Positions 53,601 through 64,000 of a stretch of DNA of 64,000 nucleotides are shown piece after piece. Each line of letters starts with the position of its first letter. The stretch's first letter is position 1. The notes below the pieces were generated by a model. The model saw only the letters and a program-made list of their open reading frames with translations, was not told the origin of the DNA and searched no databases. The DNA is from Malacoraja senta (Eukaryota), in the NCBI GenBank assembly GCA_038087875.1, contig CM075987.1, forward strand, positions 20,896,001 to 20,960,000, in the 5' to 3' direction. The translations under genes and the position numbers were made by a program.

Positions 53601-56600
53601 CAATTTGCTCAATGTCCTACTTTTCTAGACCAGTTAGAAAGTAATTACATTATTTGCAAGGTAGACAAAAATGCTGGAGAAACTCAGCGGGTGAGGCAGA
53701 ATCTATAGGCGAAGGAATAGGCGACGTTTCGGGTCGAGACCCTTCTTCGTCAGTCTGAAGAAGGGTCTCGACCCGAAACGTCACCTATTCCCTCGCTCCA
53801 TAGACGCTGCCTCACCCGCTGAGTTTCTCCAGCATTTTTGTCTACCTTCGATTTTTCCAGCATCTGCAGTCCTTTCTTAAACACATTATTTGCAAGGACG
53901 ACAGGCAAGAAAGAGACACAATACCTTCCAAGGTTTTCAACAAAGAGAGCCCTGCTTGCTTTATCTGTAGCGCTTGGTGCAGTGACACATTTGCAGCGGC
54001 CTCGACAGATTTGACGCGTCTCAGGAACTAAATGCAGAGAAACAATCAGTTATTCAACAATAATCGCTGAATACGACTTCTTCCCCATGTTAGCTGTCGA
54101 ATATCAATAGAGCCAACTGCGTACATTCATGCAGCAGAGAAATGGGCCCTTTGACACAATGAGTCTGCATGGACTGCCAAGCACCCATTTACAATATTCT
54201 TACACTAATGGAAACAATAGAGACGGTAGATGCTGTAACCTTGAACAAAATTATAAAGTGCTGAAGGATCTCAGTGAGTTAGGGCAGCATCTGGGGAGGA
54301 AATGGACTGGCAGTGCTTCAAATTACACTAATCCTATTTCAGGCAGGCAGTGACTAGTGGGGTACCGCAAGGCTCGGTGCTGGGACCGCAGCTATTTACA
54401 ATATACATCAATGATTTAGATGAAGGGATTCAAAATAACATTAGCAAATTTGCAGATGACACAAAGCTGGGTGGCAGTGTGAACTGTGAGGAGGATGCTA
54501 TGAGAATGCAGGGTGACTTGGACAGACAATTGACAATAGACAATAGGTGCAGGAGGAGGCCATTCGGCCCTTCGAGCCAGCACTGCCATTCAATGTGATC
54601 ATGGCTGATCATCCCCAATCAGTACCCCGTTCCTGCCTTCTCCCCATATCCCCTGACTCCGCTATTTTTAAGAGCCCTATCTAGCTCTCTCTTGAAAGCA
54701 TCCAGAGGACCTGCCTCCACCGCCCTCTGAGTGAGTGGGCAGATGCATGGCAGGTGCAGTTTAATGTGGATAAATGTGAGGTTATCCACTTTGGTTTCAA
54801 AAACAGGAAGGCAGATTATTATCTAAATGGTGTCAAGTTGGGAAAAGCGGAAGTACAAAGAGATCTGGGTTTCGTTGTTCATCAGTCAATGAAAGTAAGC
54901 ATGCAGGAACAGCAGGCAGTGAAGAAAGCGAATGGCATGTTGGCCTTCAAGAGGAGCTCAACCACTTTTTTGCCCGCTTCGAGAGAGGTCCGAATGAAAG
55001 AACCTCTCTCCAACTGGACCCTGCTGACCAGCCACTTACCCTCCAGTTAGAGGAGGTAAAGCGGGCCCTGAGAACTGTTAATGCTAGTAAGGCTGCTGGC
55101 CCGGATGAGATCCCAGGCAGGGTGCTCCGGGACTGTGCTCACCAGCTCGCTGGGGTATTGACAGACATTTTTAACCTTTCCCTAAAACACTCCTCCGTGC
55201 CAACGTGCCTGAAAACCACCACTATCGTCCCGGTGCCCAAGCAGACAAACATCAACTCCCTCAATGACTACAGGCCCGTTGCTCTTACATCTGTAGTCTC
55301 CAAGTGCTTTGAAAGGCTGGTCCTAGGTCACCTTAAATTATCTCTCCCCCCCCCTCACTCGACCCACACCAGTATGCATATAGGGCTAATAGATCTACAG
55401 AGGATGCCATAAACACTGTCCTCCATGCTGCACAACAACACCTAGAGGAGAATGGGTCATATGTCAGGATGCTTTTTGTTGATTACAGCTCAGCTTTTAA
55501 CACAATCATACCCAGCAAGCTGATCACAAAAATGCTAGACCTTGGCCTCAGCAGTCAACTGTGTCAGTGGATATTGGACTTTCTCAGTGAACGCCCACAG
55601 ACGGTGAGACTTGGACCCTACACCTCGACATCCCTGACCCTCAGCACAGGAGCACCGCAGGGCTGTGTGCTCAGTCCGCTCCTCTACGCCCTATATACAC
55701 ATGACTGCTTGCCCCATCACCCCGCAAATAGGATCATAAAATTTGCGGACGATACAACCGTGGTGGGGCTCATCTCAAATGGGAACGAGGACGCCTATAG
55801 AGAGGAGGTGCACAGACTTTCTGAGTGGTGTGCTCACAACAATCTCTCTCTGAACACTAAAAAGACAAAGGAGATCATTACTGATTTCAGGCGGCATAGA
55901 GCGGAGCTCAGGCCACTGGAGATAGGGGGCGAGGAGGTGGAGAGGGTGCCTAGTTTTAAATTTCTGGGGATCAACATCAGTGAGGATCTTAAATGGTCTG
56001 TGAACTCTGCTGTAGTTGTAAAAAAGGCGCAACAGAGACTTTACTTCCTCAGAACACTGAGGAAGGTCCATCTGTCTGCTAAACTGCTGGAGTCTTTCTA
56101 CCGCTGTTCGGTAGAAAGCATACTGACTTACTGCATAACTGCCTGGTTTGGGAACTGTTCAGCAGCTGACAGAGCAGCTCTCCAGAGGGTGATAAAAACT
56201 GCCCAGGGTATCATTGGACTCCCCCTGCCCCCTCTGGAGGACATTTACCCCTCCAGGTGCCGCAGCAGGACCTGTAATATTGTGAAAGACATTACCCATC
56301 CTTGTCACCACCTTTTCACACTGCTGCCCTCAGGAAAAAGGTACAGGTCGCTAAAGTCACGCACTGCCAGACTCAAGAACAGCTTTTATCCATCAGCAAT
56401 CTTGGAACTGAACTCTGTCTCAAGGAGGGGGGGGGGGGTGGGGGACAGTGTTAATTTATGTAAATGTGAATCCATGGGTGGATTTGGGGAGGGAGGGAGT
56501 GTAAAAAGTTTGTGTATGTGAATGTTTGAAGTTCTTTTAAATGGAGAGACACAGTAATCTCGTTGTATGTGACACATGCAATGACAATAAAGCATTCTGA

Positions 56601-59600
56601 TTCTGATTCTGATTCTGAAAACAAGTGGAGTTGAGTATAGGGGCAAAGAGGTCCTCCTGCAGTTGTATAGGGCCCTAGTGAGACCACACCTGGAGTATTG
56701 TGTGCAGTTTTGGTCCCCTAATTTGAGGAAGGACATTCTTGCTATTACGGGAGTGCAGCATAGGTTTACAAGGTTAATTCCCGGGATAGCGGGACTGTCA
56801 TATACTGAGAGAATGGAGCGGCTGGGCTTGTATACTCTGGAGTTTAGAAGGATGAGAGGATATCTTATTGAAACATATAAGATTATTAAGGGTTTGGACA
56901 CACTAGAGGCAGGAAACATGTTTCCGATGTTGGGGGAGTCCATAACCAGAGGCCACAGTTTAAGAATAAGGGGTAAGCCATTTAGAACGGAGACGAGAAA
57001 ACACTTTTTCACACAGAGAGTTGTGAGTCTGTGGAATTCACTGCCTCAGAGGGCGGTGGATGCCGGTTCTCTGATACTTTCAAGAGAGAGCTAGATAGGG
57101 CTCTTACAGATAGCAGAGTCAGGGGATATGGGCAGAAGGCTGGGATGGGGTACTGATTGGGGATGATCAGCCATGATCACATTGAATGGCGGTGCTGGCT
57201 CGAAGGGCCGAATGGCCTACTCCTGCACCTATTGTCTATATTCCCACTTTTCCACAACACCCCCCCAGACTCTACCATTCACCTATGCAGTAGGGGCAAT
57301 TTACAGTGACCAATTAGTCTTTGACCCTGCTCCTCTGTGGAAAGTGGGAGGAGAACCACACAGTCACAGGGAGAACATGCAAACTCCACACAAACAGCAG
57401 GGATGGCTACAGCTGTGCCACCATGTTAACACAGGCGGGTGGCATGGTGGCACAGCGGTGGAGTTGCTGCCTTACAGCGCTCGCAACGCCGGAGACCCGG
57501 GTTTGATCCTGACTACGGGTGCTGTCTGTACGGAGTTTGTACGTTCTCCTCGTGACCACGAGGGTTTTCTCCGAGATGTACGGGTTCTCCCACACTCCAA
57601 AGACGTACAGGTATGTAGTTAATTGGCTTGGTGTATGTGTAAATTGTCCCTAGTGTGTGTAGGATAGTCTTAATGTGCGGGGATCGCTGGTCGGTGCGGA
57701 CTCGTTGGGCCGAAGCGCCTGTTTCCACACTGTATCTCTAAAACCTAAAACTAAAATAGGCCTCTCTTGACCCAGAATAAAAAAGGAAAAAAAAGAGAAA
57801 AGAAAAATGGTTTGCTTTTCTAAATTGCCTTCTGTGACATTTCAAGGGCAATGAAGCAGCTTGAAGTCACAGATGCAGCTTGACTAAGCCCTGTGTCCAA
57901 CACTGAATGTCCACGCCATGAGACACTGCAAAGAAGAGAACACAGCACACGCTCCAATCTCACCTGCTCATACGTTTGTTTGGCTTCTAACCCATTGGTC
58001 AAGTTCGTCACCAGAGGTTCTATCTCCATGAAGAGTTCCTCGATCTGCTGATCCTTGGACCAAAGTGCATTCTCCAGATTCTCAATCTCTGCGGTCAAGT
58101 TGTCCCAGCTCTTTCAGACAAACAAAAGCCCAATCAGAGAGAGACTCTTTCCTCACGATGAGTATAATTTCACTGGAACAGAGACCAGTGAATGTATAGG
58201 TTGCAGGCGCAACACTGCAAAAGCATCTTGGATGTTTAACGGAAGCATTGACATGAAAACAGCTCACAGGAGAGTTATCAAACATTAACAGAAGCCACAT
58301 AAGGATATTAGGGCAGATGACCAAAAACATAGGAGGAGGAGAAAGAGGAAGAGCATTTGAGGGAGAACTCAGAGAATTGTCCTAGAATTCGGGGGACCTT
58401 GGCTGCTGATGGCAAGGGATAACGGGAGACATAAACATGTTCCCAAAACAATGAACCCTGCAGGAATATAGGGTGGGGGCAATTCGTCTGCAAATACAGG
58501 CAGTCACCAGAGAAAACGTGGCTATTAGTAACAGGCCTGTCGAACACATTTGACCTTTGCAGGGATATGACGTGGATTGATTCAATCATGGCGTGCTTTG
58601 AAAGGTCAGATAATGACCAGTGGCAGGGTCACATGTCAAGTTTGTAAAGAAGTTATATTGAATGTCTGGACGTTAGACAGGTAATGCTCATTAATGGCAT
58701 GTAATTAAATGACACATCACTTGTAACCATGCTTGGAAGTTGTGATTTTTTAAGCATTCCTGAACTCTACTTGGGTGGCTTTCTTGATGTGAACATGGTC
58801 ACATAAACCAGTGAACAAAGGAGCTCGAGTTTGGGATGATTACTATGGCTGAGCTCAAACATAGAGCAGCAACATCCACAGCAAAACGTTGTGCCTCCTC
58901 AGAGTATTGGCCACAGCAAATTTCTGAGGAACGGTCTTAAAGCAACTGACCAGAGTCTACAACCCTGAAGATAGACACAGAAAGCTGGAGTAACTCAGCG
59001 AGTCAGACAGCATCTCCGAAGAAAAGGAATAGGTGACATTTTGGGCCGAGACCCTTCAGACTGAGTCTGAGTCTTGAGTCTGAAGAAGGGTCTCGACCCG
59101 AAATGTTACCTATTCCTTTTCTCCAGAGGTGCTGTCTGACCCACTGAGTTACTCCAGCTTTCTGTGTCTATCTTCGGTTTAAACCAGCATCTGTAGTTCC
59201 ATCCTACACATTTCGTCAACAATCCTGATACACATCCAGGCAGATTGAAGTAACATCACAGGAGATGTGCTAACAGCAGATGGAAGAGACAGCACACTGA
59301 CCTCCAGCTTTATCTCAGTGTTATTCAGCAGTTGAATTGAGCTTGAACCTCTAGCTTGTTGAATTTTGATGTATTGTCTCTTTGCTTCCTTCAGCACCTC
59401 GCTCGCCTCCAACTCCAGCTCTTCTATTTTGTTCTGGAACACCTGCAGTCTGCAGAGTTAAAGAGCAAACACAAATGTGCACTTTAATGCTTTGAGTTAC
59501 CTGAAAGACAACTCTTTTTAGAACAGTAAAAAGGGAATTAAAGAGAAATACTTCCTTGCCCTGTCCCAAAATCTTCCCCTATGACTGTCCCCAATGCAAG

Positions 59601-62600
59601 TCCTTGCTCCCACCCTGGCTCAATCTCTCCACCTCAACCTTTTAGAGGGTCCCTTGACAGCACGTCCAGACAGGACCTTCCTTCCGCCGATCCTGCTATT
59701 TGGGACCTGCACTGGGAGCGGCTGCCAATGCCCAGCCCACGTCCTCAAGAAAGGAAATGAATCCAACTTAATTTCCCGAGCAGAGCAGAGTCTCCCTGCT
59801 GTTCACCACAAGGTAGGTCACTGCCTGAGCCTTCCTCGGCCACCTTCTCCATTGACCGAAGAGCTGCTCCTTGAACCACAGTGTGGACTTTGATCACCTG
59901 ATGGTACCATGGACATGATCTTCACCATGCACCAACCTGAAGTCATGGCATTGGTGACACCATGATGCCACCTGTATGTCCAGGCTGACAAGGTTTGAAT
60001 CTCAGGCAGAGACTGTGGGCATTTCAATGGCATCACTCATCATTAGAGTTAACTGCCAATAGAGCTCTACTCAGAGGGATCAGTGCCCTCGTCCATTTCT
60101 GATTTCCTCAGCCTGTCTTTGCGCCAAAAACCCCGGAATTCATTCTGTAAATCATTCTGGTGAATGGCATCAGTCACAACCTCTCCTTAAACCCCTGGAC
60201 CTCTCTCCTCCACTAAGATGCTCTTTAAAATGCATCAACCATCAGGATTTTTTTGCTTTTTTATGAATGAGGCATGTGGGTTGCAGAGAGACGGATTTAG
60301 TAACTCACTCACCGGTCCTCGGCCAGTGTGATATCTCCTGCTGGGGAATTGTCCTCGAGGATGCTTGACAGGAGGAGGTAACTTTGGTTGGATGCAGCAA
60401 GGACTTGTCTCACCATTGTCTCCACCTCTGCTGCTTCTCGCGTGTGGCTGCAGTAAGTGAAGAGGGGGACAGGGATTCAATGGGTGATTTTTCCATAATG
60501 TTCTCTCCTTCCAAGTTGTTGCTTCATGTTGTAAGATCCAATGACCCTAACACGTCAATATTATTGGTGTTAGTTTATTATCATCAAATATACAGAGATA
60601 CAATGAAAGGCTTTTGTGTTTGGGCAATCCAATTAAATCAGATAATACGAACATGAGTACAATCAAGCCACAAGTAAGCACAACAAGTAGTGCAAAGAAA
60701 TATCAACAAGTATGCAGAAAATAGTTTTGCAACATAGTCATATTAGTGATTTTCTGAAAGAAATCTACAAGTCACAGCAAATGATAGGTTTATTTGAGTA
60801 CAAGAATTTTTAAAGGCATGATAAAATCTGCATTGTTGTCAAATAACTTCTTAACCTGACCAGTTAATTTTATAAGACTGGAGTCTCATTCTTTCAATTA
60901 CTGCCAGAGAATTAAAAAATAATTCATGGCTCCCATGTGACATATCCCCATCTTGGCTTCTCACTTGTTATTTCCCTTTCTGAACACAATTTAACAATGA
61001 ATTAGACCCTGCAGGTATCAGTGAGGATTCTACCATGACATTAGCTTAAAAATAACGCTGGCTCAACCCCCTGTATTAGGCGCTGATCCCGGAATTGGAT
61101 CTCCAACAATATGATGTCCAAAGTTGTATGCAAACTCCGCAGGCAGCTGCCAGCATTGTTAGCAACAAGCACTGTTCCTTTGCAAGACACAAAATGCTGG
61201 AGTAACTCAGCGGGACAGGCAGCATCTCTGGAGAGAAGGAATGGGTGACATTTCGGGTCGAGACCCGAAACATCACCCACGTCTCGACCCGAAACGTCAC
61301 CCATTCCTACTCTCCAGAGATGCTGCCTGTCCCGCTGAGTTACTCCAGCATTTTGTGTCTATCTTCGATTTAAACCATCATCTGTAGTTCCTTCCTACAC
61401 TGCTCCTTTGCTGCTGACTGCCAAACCCTGGGCAATATTGGCTGAACGTAAAACCTACACAGATCCTGAGATGCGGCAATGAAGTGGGGATTGGATGGGC
61501 CAGTCTACAATCATTGGTTGAAATGCAGAAGGATTAACAATTTTTCTAAAAAGGTTAACGTCAAACACCCCAATAAAATATGAATGGTTCACATAAAATA
61601 TGAATAGTCTCTAATGCAAGTTTCTTATCCAAGGTAGCAAGTTCATTCCCAGTCCTGCACACCTGGTGATTTTCGATTTTCCACAACCATGGTGTTTGCT
61701 CTTTTACCGGGAACTCACCTGGAGTTGTCTGAGGCTCATCTCCTGCCCAATCCCAAAGACCAGGAACCAGGGTGGAGGGAGTCAGCAACGGTGGAGGACG
61801 CTGGACAAAGGGCCAAGATGGCGGCAGATGGAGGCGAGGATTGGTGCCACCAGGGCAACGGGCCTTTAAGGCCAAGGTAAGACTGCACTCTTAAGAACTT
61901 TGAAACTTTGTGGGCACCAGAAACGTAGCACCTCTTTGTGCACCGTCTTGCTGTCGTCCACTCTTACACTACAATCGTTGCACTTTTGTACTTACCGATA
62001 ATTGTGCTTATCTATAGTATGATTTTACTAGATTGTTCACAAAGCAAAGAATTTCACTGTACCCGGGTACATAGGTGCTAATAAAATATCATCACCATCA
62101 AAACAGAGCAAAGTACACCCACTGAAACTGTAATACCAGTGTTAACCACTGTGTGGCGCAACAAGCATGATTTCCCTCCTCCGACATGCTGTTGCTTTCC
62201 ACAAGAATGGGCACAGCGATTGGTATGAGCGCTCTGAGCTCAGAGTACTGCTCATCCTGTATATGATTCCTCCCTCTCACTGTGACTTGTATGATGATTC
62301 ACTGTCAATTATAGCATCCATTGACCTTGATCACTGTGCAAACAATGGCCACAATATGGCCACAATATCAGTCGCATGTCTTAGTTAAGGATGAGGTTTG
62401 CATTAAAGGCCCATTGGAGCCATTTGCTTGGGTTAAAGAGTCAATGAAAAGCAAATAACCTTGAAATTAAACCTTGACCTATTCAGCAGCCAAATCTAGA
62501 ATCATTATTTCATTCCTAGCAGAAAGAAAATCTATATCCTTTGCTTTACAGTTCAATTCAAACAGAGCATGAACTAGCCAGGACAACATGGGACTGCAGC

Positions 62601-63676
62601 AGTTAGTGCTGCTGCCTCACAGCTCCAGTTCAATATTGAACTCAGTTGTTGTCTGTATTCTCCCAGTGAGAATGTGGGGTTCTACCTGGTGCTCTGGCTT
62701 CCTCCTTTATCCAAACGATGATCTGGTAGGTTAATGGGCTCCTGTAAATTACCCCTTGGTGTTGATAAGGGACAAAATAATTTGACGGGGAAATCAAGGT
62801 ATAATCAAGGATCACTCATACCCTGGCCATTCCCTTTTCACCCCCTTCTAAAGTCAATATACAAAAGTTTGAAAGCATGTCCCACCAGATTCAAGACCAG
62901 CTTCTTCCCCATCGATATCACACACTCCCATAAACTAATGATGTATTCACAATCTACAATCTACATCATTGCAGTCCTTGCATTTTTTTTAAAATCTGCA
63001 CCTTCACTGCAGCTGTTAAATTGTATTCTGCATTCTGTTTCCTGTTTAGTACGTGTCATACTAGCGTATGGTTTGTTTATACACACGTGGTATGATTTCC
63101 CTGGTCAGTACACAAAACAGAGTTTTTCACTGTATCTCGGTCCACGGACAATAATGAACCAATACCAACGTGAGAGGGAATACACAAGGCAACAAGTTGA
63201 ATCCAACGAGGGGAACCTGGACTGCTCCGTTTGAAGCAAAGCAAGGGCCAACCCTGCCTGTGTGTTGTGATGAGTAGATGAGTAACAGAGAGTATAGTAC
63301 AGGTGATCCCTTCATTACGGGAGTTTACGTTCCAAAAAGCCGTCTATAATCATAATCTTACATCATGTGAAATCACATCATCTGCGAACGAGTCAAGAAA
63401 AAAATGTATGTTTATTTTCACAAATTCTGAGAGGGAATTTTTGTTCTGTATCTTGATTTTTTTATTGTTACTTGTGAATTTGGATGTTTCCAATCCCAGA
63501 ATCCTGTAAAGGCGGGGGGATTGGGAAGAGTCACCTGCGAAGGTGTAACAGGGTGCAAGAACCCAGGCTGAACCCAGAGTCAGAACTTGCCTTTCCGCCA
63601 GAGTGCGGGATTCCCGAACCACCCTGGTCCAGTTCTGGGATTCATCGCCGGGAAAGCCACGAATCAGCACGGGCAC
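50383..63676 (-). CDS. LAMC3: Laminin subunit gamma-3, 3' part: last 9 coding exons (coiled-coil domain); gene begins beyond window end
   Basis: C-terminus [26 protein letters not shown] is laminin-gamma type; TLAES|HTREAA...[11 protein letters not shown]...EDR resembles LAMC3; synteny with AIF1L and NUP214. Confidence 0.92.
50876..50975 (-). CDS. LAMC3: LAMC3 penultimate exon [10 protein letters not shown]...LLRKI
   Basis: cttgtcaacag|GTT...ATAG|gtatgt; 100 nt; phase 0-1. Confidence 0.9.
51016..52125 (-). mobile_element. CR1 ORF2 internal fragment
   Basis: [18 protein letters not shown], homologous to 25870-26230. Confidence 0.75.
51466..51678. mobile_element. PIF/Harbinger-like MITE
   Basis: TIRs AGGGCCTGTCCCACTTGGCGA / TCGCCAAGTTGGACAGGCCCT; TAA TSD at 51463-51465 and 51679-51681. 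Confidence 0.85.
52249..52407 (-). CDS. LAMC3: LAMC3 exon [12 protein letters not shown]...TAAK
   Basis: ttttccag|GAAGCC...AAG|gtagct; 159 nt; phase 0-0. Confidence 0.87.
52565..52764 (-). CDS. LAMC3: LAMC3 exon (D)[16 protein letters not shown]...VIAK
   Basis: ttgttccag|ATAAC...AAG|gtcaca; 200 nt; phase 1-0. Confidence 0.88.
53662..53882. mobile_element. Palindromic (head-to-head) Penelope-derived short repeat
   Basis: Inverted arms centred ~53750; 15-bp TSD ACATTATTTGCAAGG at 53647-53661 and 53883-53897. Confidence 0.8.
53751..53786 (+). ncRNA. Minimal hammerhead ribozyme motif (best-preserved copy)
   Basis: CTGAAGA-A-GGGTCTCGACCC-GAAA-C-GTC; palindromic ACGT at stem III. Confidence 0.65.
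53925..54027 (-). CDS. LAMC3: LAMC3 exon [34 protein letters not shown]
   Basis: gcatttag|TTC...GAAG|gtattg; 103 nt; phase 0-1. Confidence 0.88.
54345..57240 (+). mobile_element. CR1 LINE 3' half interrupted by a minus-strand CR1 3' end (~54523-54730) and a Rex1 element
   Basis: [30 protein letters not shown]; pieces are colinear with 5880-6760. Confidence 0.9.
54950..56617 (+). mobile_element. 5'-truncated Rex1/Babar-clade LINE, nearly intact RT ORF
   Basis: [67 protein letters not shown] then (ATTCTG)4 tail. Confidence 0.9.
57437..57755 (+). mobile_element. Full-length HE1-like SINE
   Basis: A box TGGCACAGCGG, B box GGTTTGATCC, V-domain, CR1-like tail. Confidence 0.82.
57964..58110 (-). 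CDS. LAMC3: LAMC3 exon [13 protein letters not shown]...KQTYEQ
   Basis: tctgaaag|AGCTGG...CAG|gtgaga; 147 nt; phase 0-0. Confidence 0.88.
58962..59210. mobile_element. Palindromic Penelope-derived repeat
   Basis: Inverted arms around a short (TGAGTC)-like spacer ~59060-59080. Confidence 0.7.
59302..59449 (-). CDS. LAMC3: LAMC3 exon [14 protein letters not shown]...EIKLE
   Basis: ctctgcag|ACTGCAG...GAG|gtcagt; 148 nt; phase 2-0. Confidence 0.88.
59690..59945 (+). mobile_element. Ancient RTE RT fragment
   Basis: [12 protein letters not shown]...[11 protein letters not shown] motif. Confidence 0.55.
60313..60447 (-). CDS. LAMC3: LAMC3 exon [44 protein letters not shown](R)
   Basis: cttactgcag|CCAC...GACCG|gtgagt; 135 nt; phase 2-2. 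Confidence 0.9.
61184..61397. mobile_element. Palindromic Penelope-derived repeat
   Basis: Inverted arms; TSD CACTG(T/C)TCCTTTGC at 61170-61183 and 61398-61411. Confidence 0.75.
63591..63676 (-). CDS. LAMC3: LAMC3 exon [28 protein letters not shown](S), GC donor
   Basis: aagcag|GTG...GAAAG|gcaagt; 86 nt; phase 2 matches next exon. Confidence 0.8.
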
Positions 63677-64000
63677 CTGCTTAATCGGAAATAAATATTA
63701 TCACTGCCCTGTAAGGTTGTGTCTGCTACATCATTGCAAAGGCCCGTAAACTTGCCAGTCTGAACTCTTCAAGACTATTCATATTAACAACGCCACATTC
63801 TGCACTGGACATTTAACCAATGAAGGAGCACACGATACCGCGACCCAATGATTGAAGGGGGAATTATTAATTGCCTCTGATCACTGGTCAGTGCCGTGGT
63901 AACTAAAGAAGTGTCAAGGTAGGTGTCGCAGGATAGAACTGCGGAAAAGGCAAGTGGCCTCTTGTTGCTCACTGATCAGGTGGCCCAGGTTTGGGCGAAC

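Noticed and set aside
55469..56521. 350-aa ORF as a host gene or retron-like RT
   Set aside because: Motifs, 5' truncation and the microsatellite tail identify a Rex1/Babar LINE.
57437..57510. tRNA gene
   Set aside because: The A/B boxes belong to a SINE head followed by V-domain and LINE tail.
61713..61760. Strong CAG|gtgagt donor in a LAMC3 intron
   Set aside because: No phase-compatible open exon with laminin similarity.
62330..62380. Candidate LAMC3 exon starting A CAT GCG, with an 11-bp tandem duplication
   Set aside because: In-frame stops; the real exon is 60447-60313.
63297..63540. Tigger/Tc1-like MITE starting TA|CAGGTGATCCC
   Set aside because: Right TIR only partly matches and has no TA TSD; not supportable.

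Overview
Vertebrate genomic DNA, most likely a cartilaginous fish (skate/ray), inferred from HE1-type SINEs and elasmobranch-style CR1 and Penelope repeats. Three spliced protein-coding genes lie on the minus strand in the conserved LAMC3-AIF1L-NUP214 order: the last 9 coding exons of a laminin gamma-3 gene (63676-50383, with one GC-AG intron), a complete 6-exon AIF1L gene (45416-15078, 148 aa) and the first 4 coding exons of NUP214 (10333-2286). All exon phases were checked by hand. The rest is dense with nested mobile elements: CR1, a young Rex1/Babar, RTE, Penelope-like elements, tRNA-derived SINEs, Helitron-like elements, hAT and Harbinger MITEs and a solo LTR. Top observations: (1) two copies of a ~140-nt TSD-flanked retroposon whose exact 5' end folds into a minimal HDV-like ribozyme, one of them sense within AIF1L intron 2; (2) about 20 Penelope-derived short repeats carrying a minimal hammerhead core, often as head-to-head palindromic insertions with long TSDs. 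Nothing was computed or searched. Family assignments rest on motif recognition, and repeat boundaries without a stated TSD are approximate.
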